DNA of 64,000 bases. It comes from Clostridia bacterium (GTDB lineage Bacteria > Bacillota > Clostridia > Monoglobales > Monoglobaceae). The notes beneath the pieces are model-generated. The model was not told the origin of the DNA. It ran no database searches and saw only the letters and a list, made by a program, of their open reading frames with translations. The DNA is taken from assembly GCA_045532055.1 (NCBI GenBank), contig JAZSFF010000026.1, positions 24,291-88,290 of the forward strand, read 5' to 3'. Numbering within the stretch: position 1 is the stretch's first letter; each line of letters begins with the position of its first letter. Both the position numbers and the translations under genes were made by a program. Shown here piece by piece: positions 1 through 8,445 of the stretch.

Positions 1-712
1 CACGGATGTAGATGTAACCCTGGTTTGCACCTACTGCATAACCTGCGATAGCCATTGCTTCGATAACTGCATGGGGGTCACCTTCCAGAATACTTCTGTC
101 CATGAATGCACCCGGGTCACCCTCGTCGGCATTACATGCAACATACTTCTGGTCGCTCTGTGAATTGTATGTGAACTGCCACTTCATGCCTGTGGGGAAA
201 CCACCGCCGCCACGACCACGAAGTCCTGAATCTTTGATTATATCAATAACTTCCTGAGGAGTCATTTCTGTAAGAACCTTGCCCAAAGCCTGATAGCCGT
301 CGATACCGATATATTCTTCTATATCTTCAGGGTTTATAACACCACAGTTACGAAGAGCAACTCTCTTCTGCTTTTTGTAGAAGTCTACTTCATTAAGACT
401 TTTTATGTTGTCTTCTTCAACAGTTTCTGCATAGAGAAGTCTTTTAACAACTCTACCTTTAACCAGATGTTCTTCAACAATCTCTTCAACATCCTCAGGA
501 GTAACTCTGCTGTAGAAAGCACCCTCAGGATACACAATCATGATGGGTCCCAAAGCACAAAGGCCAAAGCAACCTGTCTTTATAATCTTAAACTCTTTTT
601 CCAAATCATGTGCTGCAAGCTGTTTTTCCATTTCTTTGATAATAGCATCACAGCCTGAGGAGGTACAACCTGTACCGCCGCAGCAAAGAATATGACCTCT
701 AACCATATCCAT
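1..712 (-). CDS. NADH-binding flavoprotein subunit (NuoF/HydB-like) of bifurcating [FeFe]-hydrogenase; N-terminal part only, gene runs off the window start
   Basis: Own minus-strand translation from the ATG at 710-712 gives MDMVRGHILCCGGTGC...GLRGRGGGGFPTGMKW...ACNADEGDPGAF (thioredoxin-like 2Fe-2S N-domain plus NuoF FMN/NADH motifs). Absent from the ORF track because there is no stop within the window. Confidence 0.85.
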   Translation of the reverse strand, partial: MDMVRGHILCCGGTGCTSSGCDAIIKEMEKQLAAHDLEKEFKIIKTGCFGLCALGPIMIVYPEGAFYSRVTPEDVEEIVEEHLVKGRVVKRLLYAETVEEDNIKSLNEVDFYKKQKRVALRNCGVINPEDIEEYIGIDGYQALGKVLTEMTPQEVIDIIKDSGLRGRGGGGFPTGMKWQFTYNSQSDQKYVACNADEGDPGAFMDRSILEGDPHAVIEAMAIAGYAVGANQGYIYIR

Positions 713-757
713 GTTTAAACACCAAACCTTTCTATATTATTAATCTGGGCTGTTTAA

Positions 758-1123
758 TTATTCTGCAGCACCGATTGTATATTTTGTAACTATACGTCCG
801 TTTACGATATGTTCGCTTACGATTTCGGCAGCCTTTTTGGGGTCAACCTTTACATAAGTAACCTTTTCTTCACCAGGAACCATAACCTCAACGATTGGTT
901 CCAGACGGCAAACACCGATACAACCCGTCTGAGTAACTGCCACGTGTTCAAGGTTTCTTTTTGCAACCTCTTCCATAATAGCATTCATAACAGGTCTTGC
1001 ACCTGCTGCAATACCGCATGTTGCCATGCCAACAACCACACGAACAGCATGGTCATCTTTTCTTAAATTTACAGAACCTTTTGCTTTGTTTCTTATTGCT
1101 TCGAGTTCAGCCAAACTTTTCAT
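758..1123 (-). CDS. thioredoxin-like (2Fe-2S) ferredoxin, HndB-like small hydrogenase-operon subunit
   Basis: 121-aa ORF with cysteines in GMATCGIAAG and TGCIGVCRLEP contexts. Sits between the GHKL ATPase and the NuoF-like gene. Confidence 0.8.
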   Translation of the reverse strand: MKSLAELEAIRNKAKGSVNLRKDDHAVRVVVGMATCGIAAGARPVMNAIMEEVAKRNLEHVAVTQTGCIGVCRLEPIVEVMVPGEEKVTYVKVDPKKAAEIVSEHIVNGRIVTKYTIGAAE

Positions 1124-1126
1124 TGT

Positions 1127-1684
1127 TTATACCTCCGTTTTACCTAAATTCAGTTCTTCCTCGCCCTCTGACAGAAATTCAGAAAGCCACAAATAAACTT
1201 CAGGTGCCGAGAACGGAACATCCCCAAGCACATTTTTTAATTCAGCAGTATCCACCGAGAATTCCTTCTCATCAACCCGATGTGTATACTGAAAATCGAT
1301 GTTTTCATATGATGTGAAGAGTCCAAGCATTGTACCCGGCATATCACCAAGTGGCTGACGGTCAATATGACTAAGTCCAAACACCGCTGTGACTTCTGTT
1401 CCTTTTCCTACCTCAGACTTTATTTCAAAGCTACCTCCGGTGTTTTCCGCCGCAAGTTTGAATAGGGGAATCCCCAGTCCAACTTTTCTTGTCGTCCTCT
1501 TGGTAGTAAAGGGGTCAACAACCCTTGCAAGAAAATCCTCTGACATTCCGCATCCGTTGTCGCAGATTTTAACCATTAATGTATCCTGCTTTGTATCTTC
1601 ACAGACATGGACTGCAATCTTTGTTGCATTCGCAACAACCGAATTCTGGGCTATATCCAGAATATGAAGTGCAATCTCTCTCAT
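1127..1684 (-). CDS. stand-alone GHKL/HATPase_c ATP-binding protein embedded in the hydrogenase operon
   Basis: 185 aa with N-box HILDIAQNS, G1 DNGCGM and G2 GLGIP. No DHp/His-phosphoacceptor domain is visible. Confidence 0.75.
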   Translation of the reverse strand: MREIALHILDIAQNSVVANATKIAVHVCEDTKQDTLMVKICDNGCGMSEDFLARVVDPFTTKRTTRKVGLGIPLFKLAAENTGGSFEIKSEVGKGTEVTAVFGLSHIDRQPLGDMPGTMLGLFTSYENIDFQYTHRVDEKEFSVDTAELKNVLGDVPFSAPEVYLWLSEFLSEGEEELNLGKTEV

Positions 1685-1687
1685 GAA

Positions 1688-2179
1688 TTAACCTCTGTAT
1701 TTATTGATAATACCTTCAACATCGTCAACAACCAGTCTGCCGTAAACATCATCGTTTACTGTCAAAACAGGTGCAAGACCGCAGGCACCTATGCAACGTG
1801 TAGCCTCGATTGAGAACAATCCGTCAGGTGTGCATTCACCAACTTCAATGCCAAGAATTTCTTTAATCTTTTCTAAGATATCACCTGAACCCTTAACGTA
1901 ACAAGCTGTACCAAGACATACGCCAATGTGATACTTGCCCTTGGGGTTAAGTGAAAACTGCGTGTAAAATGTAACAATACCATAGATTTCTGCCAGAGGC
2001 ACATCTAAACCTTCTGAAATCATCTCCTGAACTTCAATGGGAAGATAACCATAAATTTCTTGTGCCTTGTGCAGTACAGGAATTACCGCTCCGTCCTGGT
2101 CCTTGTGCTCTGCAATGACAGCCATAAGCTGTGCTTCCTGTTCTTTTGTGCCGTTGAATGGAAGTGTTTTCTTTTCCAT
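1688..2179 (-). CDS. NuoE-like 2Fe-2S subunit (HydC/HndA-type) of NADH-dependent [FeFe]-hydrogenase
   Basis: 163 aa with the NuoE-type cysteine pattern CLGTACYVKG...CIGACGLAP. First gene of the hydC-ATPase-fdx-nuoF string. Confidence 0.9.
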   Translation of the reverse strand: MEKKTLPFNGTKEQEAQLMAVIAEHKDQDGAVIPVLHKAQEIYGYLPIEVQEMISEGLDVPLAEIYGIVTFYTQFSLNPKGKYHIGVCLGTACYVKGSGDILEKIKEILGIEVGECTPDGLFSIEATRCIGACGLAPVLTVNDDVYGRLVVDDVEGIINKYRG

Positions 2180-2260
2180 TTCTTCTTACCTCCTACCTTG
2201 ATTTATGCCAACAGAGTCAATCTCATCAACTCTTAAACATACTTAGTTACATTGTATTGC

Positions 2261-2320
2261 TTGTTAAAAATATATCAATCTCAAGCATACAAACTAATTA
2301 TAACAAAAACACCGATGAAA
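2261..2320 (-). promoter_or_regulatory. putative sigmaA promoter for the hydrogenase structural operon, with a Rex-like half-palindrome in the 5' UTR
   Basis: Minus-strand TATAAT at 2297-2302, preceded by a TG-containing T-rich stretch. TTGTTAAAAATATATCAA at 2261-2278 lies between the -10 and the start codon. Confidence 0.35.
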
Positions 2321-2346
2321 ATCTACCATTTCTCAAAAATACTTTT

Positions 2347-3045
2347 CTAAAACTTGCACAAAAATTCTAGGATTTTTTGTGCCAATTTGTCGTTTTTACC
2401 AAGTTCCCTGCTTTGCTCAGCTATATTTTCCAGATAGTGTGCATCAGAGCTGGTCAAAACACCATAATCCGCATATGTACTGGCATGCTGTCCCAAACCC
2501 CTCTCGGTTATTTCCAAACCATCCACCACCAAATCAGGCGGCAAGAAACCTAGGTTTGAGGTTATGCTGTAACTGGATTTATCAATATGAGCAGGAACAA
2601 ACAAGCCTCCGCGGGATTTGGCAGCCGCGGACACCTCGTATATATCCAGATTTACCGCATTTACAAGGAGCTTTTCCTCTTCACCAACAATCTCATCGTT
2701 TTCATTCATAACAAGCTGTCTTCCAAATATTTCGGGGTCATTTTTAACTCCCTGCATGTGTTGGTATATAAATTCCCCCATATCTTCTGCGGCGTCTATA
2801 TTAGAAAAATAGCAAAGAGCATGGACTTCTTCACTTGTAGTGACCTCCATTCCTGGTATCACCTTTACCTTTCCCTTTCCCGCAGTCATAACCGCCCTTG
2901 CGTTTCTGCATGAATTATGGTCAGTAATTGCAATGACATCCAGACCTTTTATGTATGCCATATTGACGATATTGTTTGGAGTCATATCCTCATCACCACA
3001 GGGCGAAAGTGCAGAATGGATATGCAAATCGTAATAAAAACTCAT
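2347..3045 (-). CDS. PHP-domain metal-dependent phosphoesterase
   Basis: 232 aa. The N-terminal YDLHIHSALSPCG and ITDHNS are typical PHP His/Asp motifs. Overlaps the upstream DRTGG gene by 4 nt. Confidence 0.8.
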   Translation of the reverse strand: MSFYYDLHIHSALSPCGDEDMTPNNIVNMAYIKGLDVIAITDHNSCRNARAVMTAGKGKVKVIPGMEVTTSEEVHALCYFSNIDAAEDMGEFIYQHMQGVKNDPEIFGRQLVMNENDEIVGEEEKLLVNAVNLDIYEVSAAAKSRGGLFVPAHIDKSSYSITSNLGFLPPDLVVDGLEITERGLGQHASTYADYGVLTSSDAHYLENIAEQSRELGKNDKLAQKILEFLCKF

Positions 3046-3374
3046 ATTCCCATTCCCGCCAGTTTCACCGCAGCATTATATGCCGATATTTCACCGCCAA
3101 GGATAGCTATATCCTGTTCCTTTGCTTTTTCCACCGTCTTCTCATCCGGAACACAGCCATCCACAAGGATAACGCACGCAGCCTCTGCCAAAGACGCAAC
3201 AGCAACAATGTTCACATTGGTCTGTATTGTTATCCATGCATTGTTCATCTCAACCTTTGACATAGCAAGACTCAACAGGTCGCCAATATAACAGCCCTTT
3301 GCTGTCTTTTTTTCCAGATTCTCCCCTGCATAAACCCTGAGGTCCAGTTCATTCACAATCTCAGCAACAGTCAT
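3042..3374 (-). CDS. DRTGG-domain protein (second copy)
   Basis: 110 aa, the size and pattern of small DRTGG-like proteins found next to Fe-hydrogenase-like genes. Tightly coupled to both neighbours. Confidence 0.65.
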   Translation of the reverse strand: MTVAEIVNELDLRVYAGENLEKKTAKGCYIGDLLSLAMSKVEMNNAWITIQTNVNIVAVASLAEAACVILVDGCVPDEKTVEKAKEQDIAILGGEISAYNAAVKLAGMGI

Positions 3375-3375
3375 T

Positions 3376-4773
3376 TTATTTATCCTCCGTTTTTTTATCC
3401 TTGTTCAAGAGTGCATTCTGACTCTCAAGTTCCAGCATATCCCGTGCTAAAGCACTCACCTTTTCCCTTAATTTAAATATGCAGTCTGTTTCCTTTGCAT
3501 AACCTCTCACAATATCCTCAGCAAGCGCCCTGCAGCTTGGAGAACCGCATGAACCGCAATCCAGTTTGGGCATACCCTCATATATCTCTTCTATAAGATT
3601 CATTTTTTTCATTGCCACATTGATATCACTGTCAAGATTCATAATGGGTCTGTAAACAATAGCCTCATCCCAGAACATATTCATCTCATTATCAAGGGGA
3701 TGCATTTCATCATCAAGTTCACGACATATGCGTTGAATCTTGGACTTGGCAGAAAAGCTGTTTTCTGTGGTAAGTGGCCCCCCAACACATCCGCCTGGGC
3801 ACGCCAGAGCTTCTACATAATCTATATCATTGAGTTTTCCATCCTCTATTTCCTCAAAAACGTTTATAACATTATGTATTCCGTCAACTGCTATATACTT
3901 TTCGGCACCTGATGTTTCCGCCTCACCGCCACTGGTAGCCCATATAACACCTGAACGGCCCGCTGTCCTCAATTCACGAATATCTTCCTCTGCAATTTTA
4001 CTTACGTTCCGTGACATTTTTATACAAATATCCTTTATTGGTATAATGCCATCAACCTCTGATTTTTTAACCGTATAATGAGCTTTCACAAAGGTAGCCT
4101 TTGCCGCACATGGACTGATAAAGAATATACCTATGTCCTCAGGTTCAAGACCTGTCTTTTCAACTGCTTCTCGCCGTGCCTGAACCGCCGACACCTCCAT
4201 GGGAGATTTAAGAGGAACAATGTTACCTATAAGGTTTGGGAACTTTATTGCAATAAGCCTGAGTACCGCAGGGCATGCCGATGAGATTGATGGTTTTATC
4301 AATTCTCCGGAAGCCAGAAGTTCTTTGGTCTTTTCGGTTATAGCCTGTGCACCTCTTGCCACTTCAAACACATCATCAAACCCCAAATCTAAAAGTGCAC
4401 TGAGTATTGTATCTACATTCTCCGTTCTGGAAAACTGACCATAAAATGCGGGAGCAACCAAAGCAACGGTATGTTTGAAATTTTTAAGCATATCCAGAGA
4501 ATCTGCAACACCCTTCTTGGCATGGTATGGGCACACTCTTATACATTCTCCGCAATCAATACAGCGTTCTTTGAGTATTTTCGCCTTACCTTTCTGCACT
4601 CTTATCGCCTGTGTAGGGCACAGTTTAAGACAATGGGTACATCCTTTGCATAAATCTCTGTCCAAAGTTACTGAATGCCAATATGTTTCCATACAACAAT
4701 TCACAGCCTTTCCGCCCACAAAATCATTTATACACAACTTATCGTGGGCGAATAAGGTGTATAGATTAATCAA
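3376..4773 (-). CDS. [FeFe]-hydrogenase-like Fe-S protein, putative sensory/regulatory (2x4Fe-4S ferredoxin N-domain, H-cluster-like domain, C-terminal Cys-rich Fe-S domain)
   Basis: 465 aa. N-terminal CKGCTHCLKLCP and CIDCGECIRVCP. H-cluster-like motifs ISSACPAV, FISPCAAKA and EALACPGGCVGGP. C-terminal CGSCGSPSC. Confidence 0.8.
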   Translation of the reverse strand: MINLYTLFAHDKLCINDFVGGKAVNCCMETYWHSVTLDRDLCKGCTHCLKLCPTQAIRVQKGKAKILKERCIDCGECIRVCPYHAKKGVADSLDMLKNFKHTVALVAPAFYGQFSRTENVDTILSALLDLGFDDVFEVARGAQAITEKTKELLASGELIKPSISSACPAVLRLIAIKFPNLIGNIVPLKSPMEVSAVQARREAVEKTGLEPEDIGIFFISPCAAKATFVKAHYTVKKSEVDGIIPIKDICIKMSRNVSKIAEEDIRELRTAGRSGVIWATSGGEAETSGAEKYIAVDGIHNVINVFEEIEDGKLNDIDYVEALACPGGCVGGPLTTENSFSAKSKIQRICRELDDEMHPLDNEMNMFWDEAIVYRPIMNLDSDINVAMKKMNLIEEIYEGMPKLDCGSCGSPSCRALAEDIVRGYAKETDCIFKLREKVSALARDMLELESQNALLNKDKKTEDK

Positions 4774-5198
4774 ATTTTAGCCGAAATAATCAAAGTTACC
4801 GTAGTTCCTTCACCAACTACAGTTTCAACCTTCATATCGTCAGAGTATCTTTTCATGTTGGGAAGTCCCATACCGGCACCAAACCCAAGTTCCCTGACGC
4901 TGGAATCTGCCGTGGAATATCCCTCTTTCATCGCCATATCAATATCAGGAATTCCGGGGCCTTTGTCCTTCATAACAATAACTATCTCATCAGGAGAAAT
5001 ATCAACATCAATATCCCCACCTTCAGCATGGATAACCATATTGATTTCACCCTCATACATTGCAATTGCCACCTTGCGCACAATTTCTGGAGCAAACCCC
5101 AACTGATTCAAAGTCTTTTTTACTTTGCTTGAGGTTTCGCCTGCACGTGTAAAGTCATCTCCATGCACTGTAAAGTGCAATTTCATAACCTCCGCCAC
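4770..5198 (-). CDS. small GHKL ATPase, RsbW/SpoIIAB-like anti-sigma-type serine kinase fold
   Basis: 142 aa with YEGEINMVIH (N-box-like), DKGPGIP (G1) and GAGMGLP (G2). Overlaps the downstream hydrogenase-like gene by 4 nt. Confidence 0.75.
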   Translation of the reverse strand: MAEVMKLHFTVHGDDFTRAGETSSKVKKTLNQLGFAPEIVRKVAIAMYEGEINMVIHAEGGDIDVDISPDEIVIVMKDKGPGIPDIDMAMKEGYSTADSSVRELGFGAGMGLPNMKRYSDDMKVETVVGEGTTVTLIISAKI

Positions 5199-5201
5199 AG
5201 C

Positions 5202-5555
5202 TTATACCCCCTTTTCATCACCAGTCAAGCCCTTGCAATACAACATCCCACTGGCAACATAGAGAGTATGCTCTGTTGTAAGTATGGCAATATCCTTTGC
5301 CTTTGCCAAAGCAATTACGTTTTCGTCAGGGCACTTTCCCCTGACAAATACTATTGCAGAAATGTCCATCATTTCAGCCGTTCTTACAACCTGAGGGTTA
5401 ACCAATCCCGTAAGAAGCAAAACTTTGTCATTCACAAAGGCAAGAACGTCGCTCATAAGGTCGCTGCCGAAAGCAGACTTCACCTCTGTATCAAGCAATT
5501 CCTCCCCGGTCATTACTTTTGCATTCAAAATTTCTTTAACTTCTGTAATTTTCAT
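5202..5555 (-). CDS. DRTGG-domain protein (first copy)
   Basis: The ORF track gives 5202..5576. I prefer the internal ATG (MKITEVKEIL...) at 5555, which is preceded by GGAGAG. Confidence 0.65.
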   Translation of the reverse strand: MKITEVKEILNAKVMTGEELLDTEVKSAFGSDLMSDVLAFVNDKVLLLTGLVNPQVVRTAEMMDISAIVFVRGKCPDENVIALAKAKDIAILTTEHTLYVASGMLYCKGLTGDEKGV

Positions 5556-5606
5556 CTTTCTCTCCGTTCCGCCCATTGAAAATACGGCAATGTTATAGTT
5601 TTTATA

Positions 5607-6827
5607 TTAATCTTGGTTTTTGTCTGGTTTATATAGTTTCCTCTGTACTTCCAGTTCTTTTCCTGTTTTAAGTATGTTTCGCCCATATTTGGTATGCAAA
5701 TCAAAAATAGCATCCTCAAGAGCCCTTGATTTTTTCACAACAACGTTGCGCTTTGTCTCACCGTCATCAAACAACGAAAGCTGTTTGAACTTTTCATCTG
5801 GTGAATCCTGCAAATTGCTTATAGTAACACCAATAAGCCTTACTGTATCAGGTAATTTTTCATTCCTCAGCAACTCCTTTGCGATATTGCAGATATCCTT
5901 AACAGAGTTTACAGCATCACCGCTCCGTGACCTTGTTATACTCTTCATGTTTGAAAACTTTATTTTAAGTGTAACTGTTCTGCCCCACAAATTCTGTTTT
6001 TTTGCCCTGAGGCTTACATCTCTTGACAAAAGCAACAATGCCTCCTCAAGAACTTTCACATCTGAAATATCCATTTGAAATGTGTGTTCCCGTCCAATAG
6101 ATTTTGATACTCCATTTGCCACAACCTGTCTGTCATCATTCCCCGATGCAAGCTTTAACATTTCCCTGCCCATTGCTCCAAAAACAGCAAGTCTTTCAGG
6201 GGATGTTTTCAACAAATCTTCTACCGTTACAATACCCATCCGGTTAAGTTTGTCAGCAGTTTTTACACCTATACCACTGATTACCCCCACAGGTCTTGGT
6301 TTAATGAGTTCCATCAGTTTTTTTCTGTCCGGTATAACAAAAAAGCCATCTGGTTTCTTTTCTTCACTGGCAAGTTTTGCTCCCATCATTGAATAAGATA
6401 TTCCTACTGAGCAGGTAACACCCACTTTTTCAAAGATTTCCCTTTTTAATTTTCGTCCTATTTCCTCTGCACTTCCAAAAATACGCATTGAGTGTGTAAC
6501 ATCCATATACCCCTCGTCAAGTGCCACAAACTCTATCTGGTCTGTGTACTTCAGCATAATCTTGTGAATTTCTTCGGATGCCTGTGCATACTTTCTCATA
6601 TCCCCATGCATATATATCCCATCGGGACACCTCCTGTATGCTTCCTTTATGTTCATCGCAGAATGAATCCCATATTTCCTTGCTTCATAGCTGCATGTAG
6701 AAACAACCCCGCGTTCTTCGGGCAACGCGCCAATAATCAAAGGTTTCCCTGCCAGTTCAGGATTATCACGCACTTCAATCGCCGCAAAAAACGCATCCAT
6801 ATCAACATGGATTATGGTTCTGTTCAC
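5607..6827 (-). CDS. dinB: DNA polymerase IV (Y-family translesion polymerase)
   Basis: 406 aa. N-terminal IIHVDMDAFFAAIE plus the SVGIS motif. GTG start overlaps the stop of the upstream gene (TAGTG). Confidence 0.92.
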   Translation of the reverse strand: MNRTIIHVDMDAFFAAIEVRDNPELAGKPLIIGALPEERGVVSTCSYEARKYGIHSAMNIKEAYRRCPDGIYMHGDMRKYAQASEEIHKIMLKYTDQIEFVALDEGYMDVTHSMRIFGSAEEIGRKLKREIFEKVGVTCSVGISYSMMGAKLASEEKKPDGFFVIPDRKKLMELIKPRPVGVISGIGVKTADKLNRMGIVTVEDLLKTSPERLAVFGAMGREMLKLASGNDDRQVVANGVSKSIGREHTFQMDISDVKVLEEALLLLSRDVSLRAKKQNLWGRTVTLKIKFSNMKSITRSRSGDAVNSVKDICNIAKELLRNEKLPDTVRLIGVTISNLQDSPDEKFKQLSLFDDGETKRNVVVKKSRALEDAIFDLHTKYGRNILKTGKELEVQRKLYKPDKNQD

Positions 6828-8434
6828 TACTTCGCCTCTCCCTTTTGCAAATTCTCAATTCCTCTGTACAAATCAAAGTATGTGGGTTTTATTTCACCCT
6901 CAATACGGTTGCTGTGGACCATTATCTGTTCTTCAAAGAACAGTCCTATCACCGGATTCAATTCTTTGAAATTCTTTACAAGATTGCCAAAGCCTTCTTC
7001 TACACCGGAAATACTTGTTTTTTTCTTCAGGTTTTCTATGTTCAGGTTCATTTTGTCATCATTGAATCTGAACACATTGCCCTCATCAAGTATAAACGAA
7101 AACTTCAATTCCGGTGATACAATATAACTCCCTATAAAAATATCATAATCTCCGCTTTCAATGCATTGTGTGTATTCCTCATAATCAACACTTTGAAGGA
7201 TTATTTTAAAGCCCATAGGTTCAAGACTTTTTTTAAGAAGTTCCGCCATACTCTTGCGGTATTCATTGTCCTCATTGAAGAGGACTTTAAATTCAGTTTT
7301 GTATTCTTTTTTCTCTGTCTGTCCTGAACTCTGCTCCGACTCATCGGTTTTTATGGTTTCCACCAGCTTTGTATAAACCCCGTCTGTCAATTTCCAGTCA
7401 TTATCTCCCATTATTTCTCTGGTGGCGTTTTTATTCAACGGGAACTCCATCTTATTCTCTCCGCAGATGTACCAATCCGGATGCACTGGTATACCCGCAG
7501 GTGTGGCATACCCCATCATAACTTCGTCAATAATATTCTGACGGTCAATGCTGTATGAAATTGACTTTCTCACCTCAGGGAACTGCAACGCACCACTTTC
7601 ATGATTTATACCAAGAAAATGGAATATAGGTGTTTTCACTGACGTATATGATGCCGAAACAGGGTCGACAAATCTCCCCCAATTCATATCATCTGATATT
7701 GTCATGTCAATACTGCCGGAACTGAACGCATAAAGGGCAGTATTGTTGTCAGGGAGCATTCTTACCACGATACAATCAGTCTCAGGTCTTCCTCCCCACC
7801 ACTTCTTGTTGCGCACAAGGTAAAATACATTGCCTTCTCCCCTGTCTTCAAATTTATACGGACCTGTGCCTATTGGCTTATAGTTTGATGGATTTATTTC
7901 CCCACCCGATTTTATAATTGGAAAGTATAAAAGGCTTACAAAGTTTGACCAAGGTTCCGTTAATTCAAGCTCCACTTCATATGGACTTAATTCTCTTGTG
8001 TTTTTTATAAACGAAACATTGTATGAATATATGCTGTCTCCATTTGCCTTTATTTGATTTATGGTATAGAGTACGTCCTTTGCGTCAAAGGCTGCACCAT
8101 CGTGCCACATCACATCCTGACGCAGGGACAAAGTCCACTTCAAACCATCATCAGAAACTGACCAGTTTTCCGCCAGAGCCGCTTCCGGATAAAGGTTTTC
8201 AGGCAAAGACACCAACCCATCATACACAGCATTAAGCATATGGATATTAGACTGATTTTTGCTGAGTATAGGGCAAAGTGTGTCCGGCTTATACGAAAAA
8301 ATGGAAATTTCCCCGCCTGACACCTGGACATTTTCCTTATTTTTGTTTGAAATGTTATTCTCTTTATTTTCACCACAGCCTGCTGTCATAAAAATCAACA
8401 CAACCGACATGATAAGAGCCAGTATCTTTTTCAC
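6827..8434 (-). CDS. ABC-transporter family-5 (peptide/nickel type) solute-binding lipoprotein, orphan
   Basis: 535 aa. Signal peptide with lipobox MTAGC, and the length and composition of a family-5 SBP. No permease or ATPase genes adjacent. Confidence 0.8.
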   Translation of the reverse strand: MKKILALIMSVVLIFMTAGCGENKENNISNKNKENVQVSGGEISIFSYKPDTLCPILSKNQSNIHMLNAVYDGLVSLPENLYPEAALAENWSVSDDGLKWTLSLRQDVMWHDGAAFDAKDVLYTINQIKANGDSIYSYNVSFIKNTRELSPYEVELELTEPWSNFVSLLYFPIIKSGGEINPSNYKPIGTGPYKFEDRGEGNVFYLVRNKKWWGGRPETDCIVVRMLPDNNTALYAFSSGSIDMTISDDMNWGRFVDPVSASYTSVKTPIFHFLGINHESGALQFPEVRKSISYSIDRQNIIDEVMMGYATPAGIPVHPDWYICGENKMEFPLNKNATREIMGDNDWKLTDGVYTKLVETIKTDESEQSSGQTEKKEYKTEFKVLFNEDNEYRKSMAELLKKSLEPMGFKIILQSVDYEEYTQCIESGDYDIFIGSYIVSPELKFSFILDEGNVFRFNDDKMNLNIENLKKKTSISGVEEGFGNLVKNFKELNPVIGLFFEEQIMVHSNRIEGEIKPTYFDLYRGIENLQKGEAK

Positions 8435-8445
8435 TTAATTCACCT

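Noticed and set aside
6828-6900. SOS (Cheo/LexA) box upstream of dinB
   Set aside because: No GAAC-N4-GTTC motif is present. The dinB start overlaps the upstream SBP stop, so the gene is probably read through from upstream.
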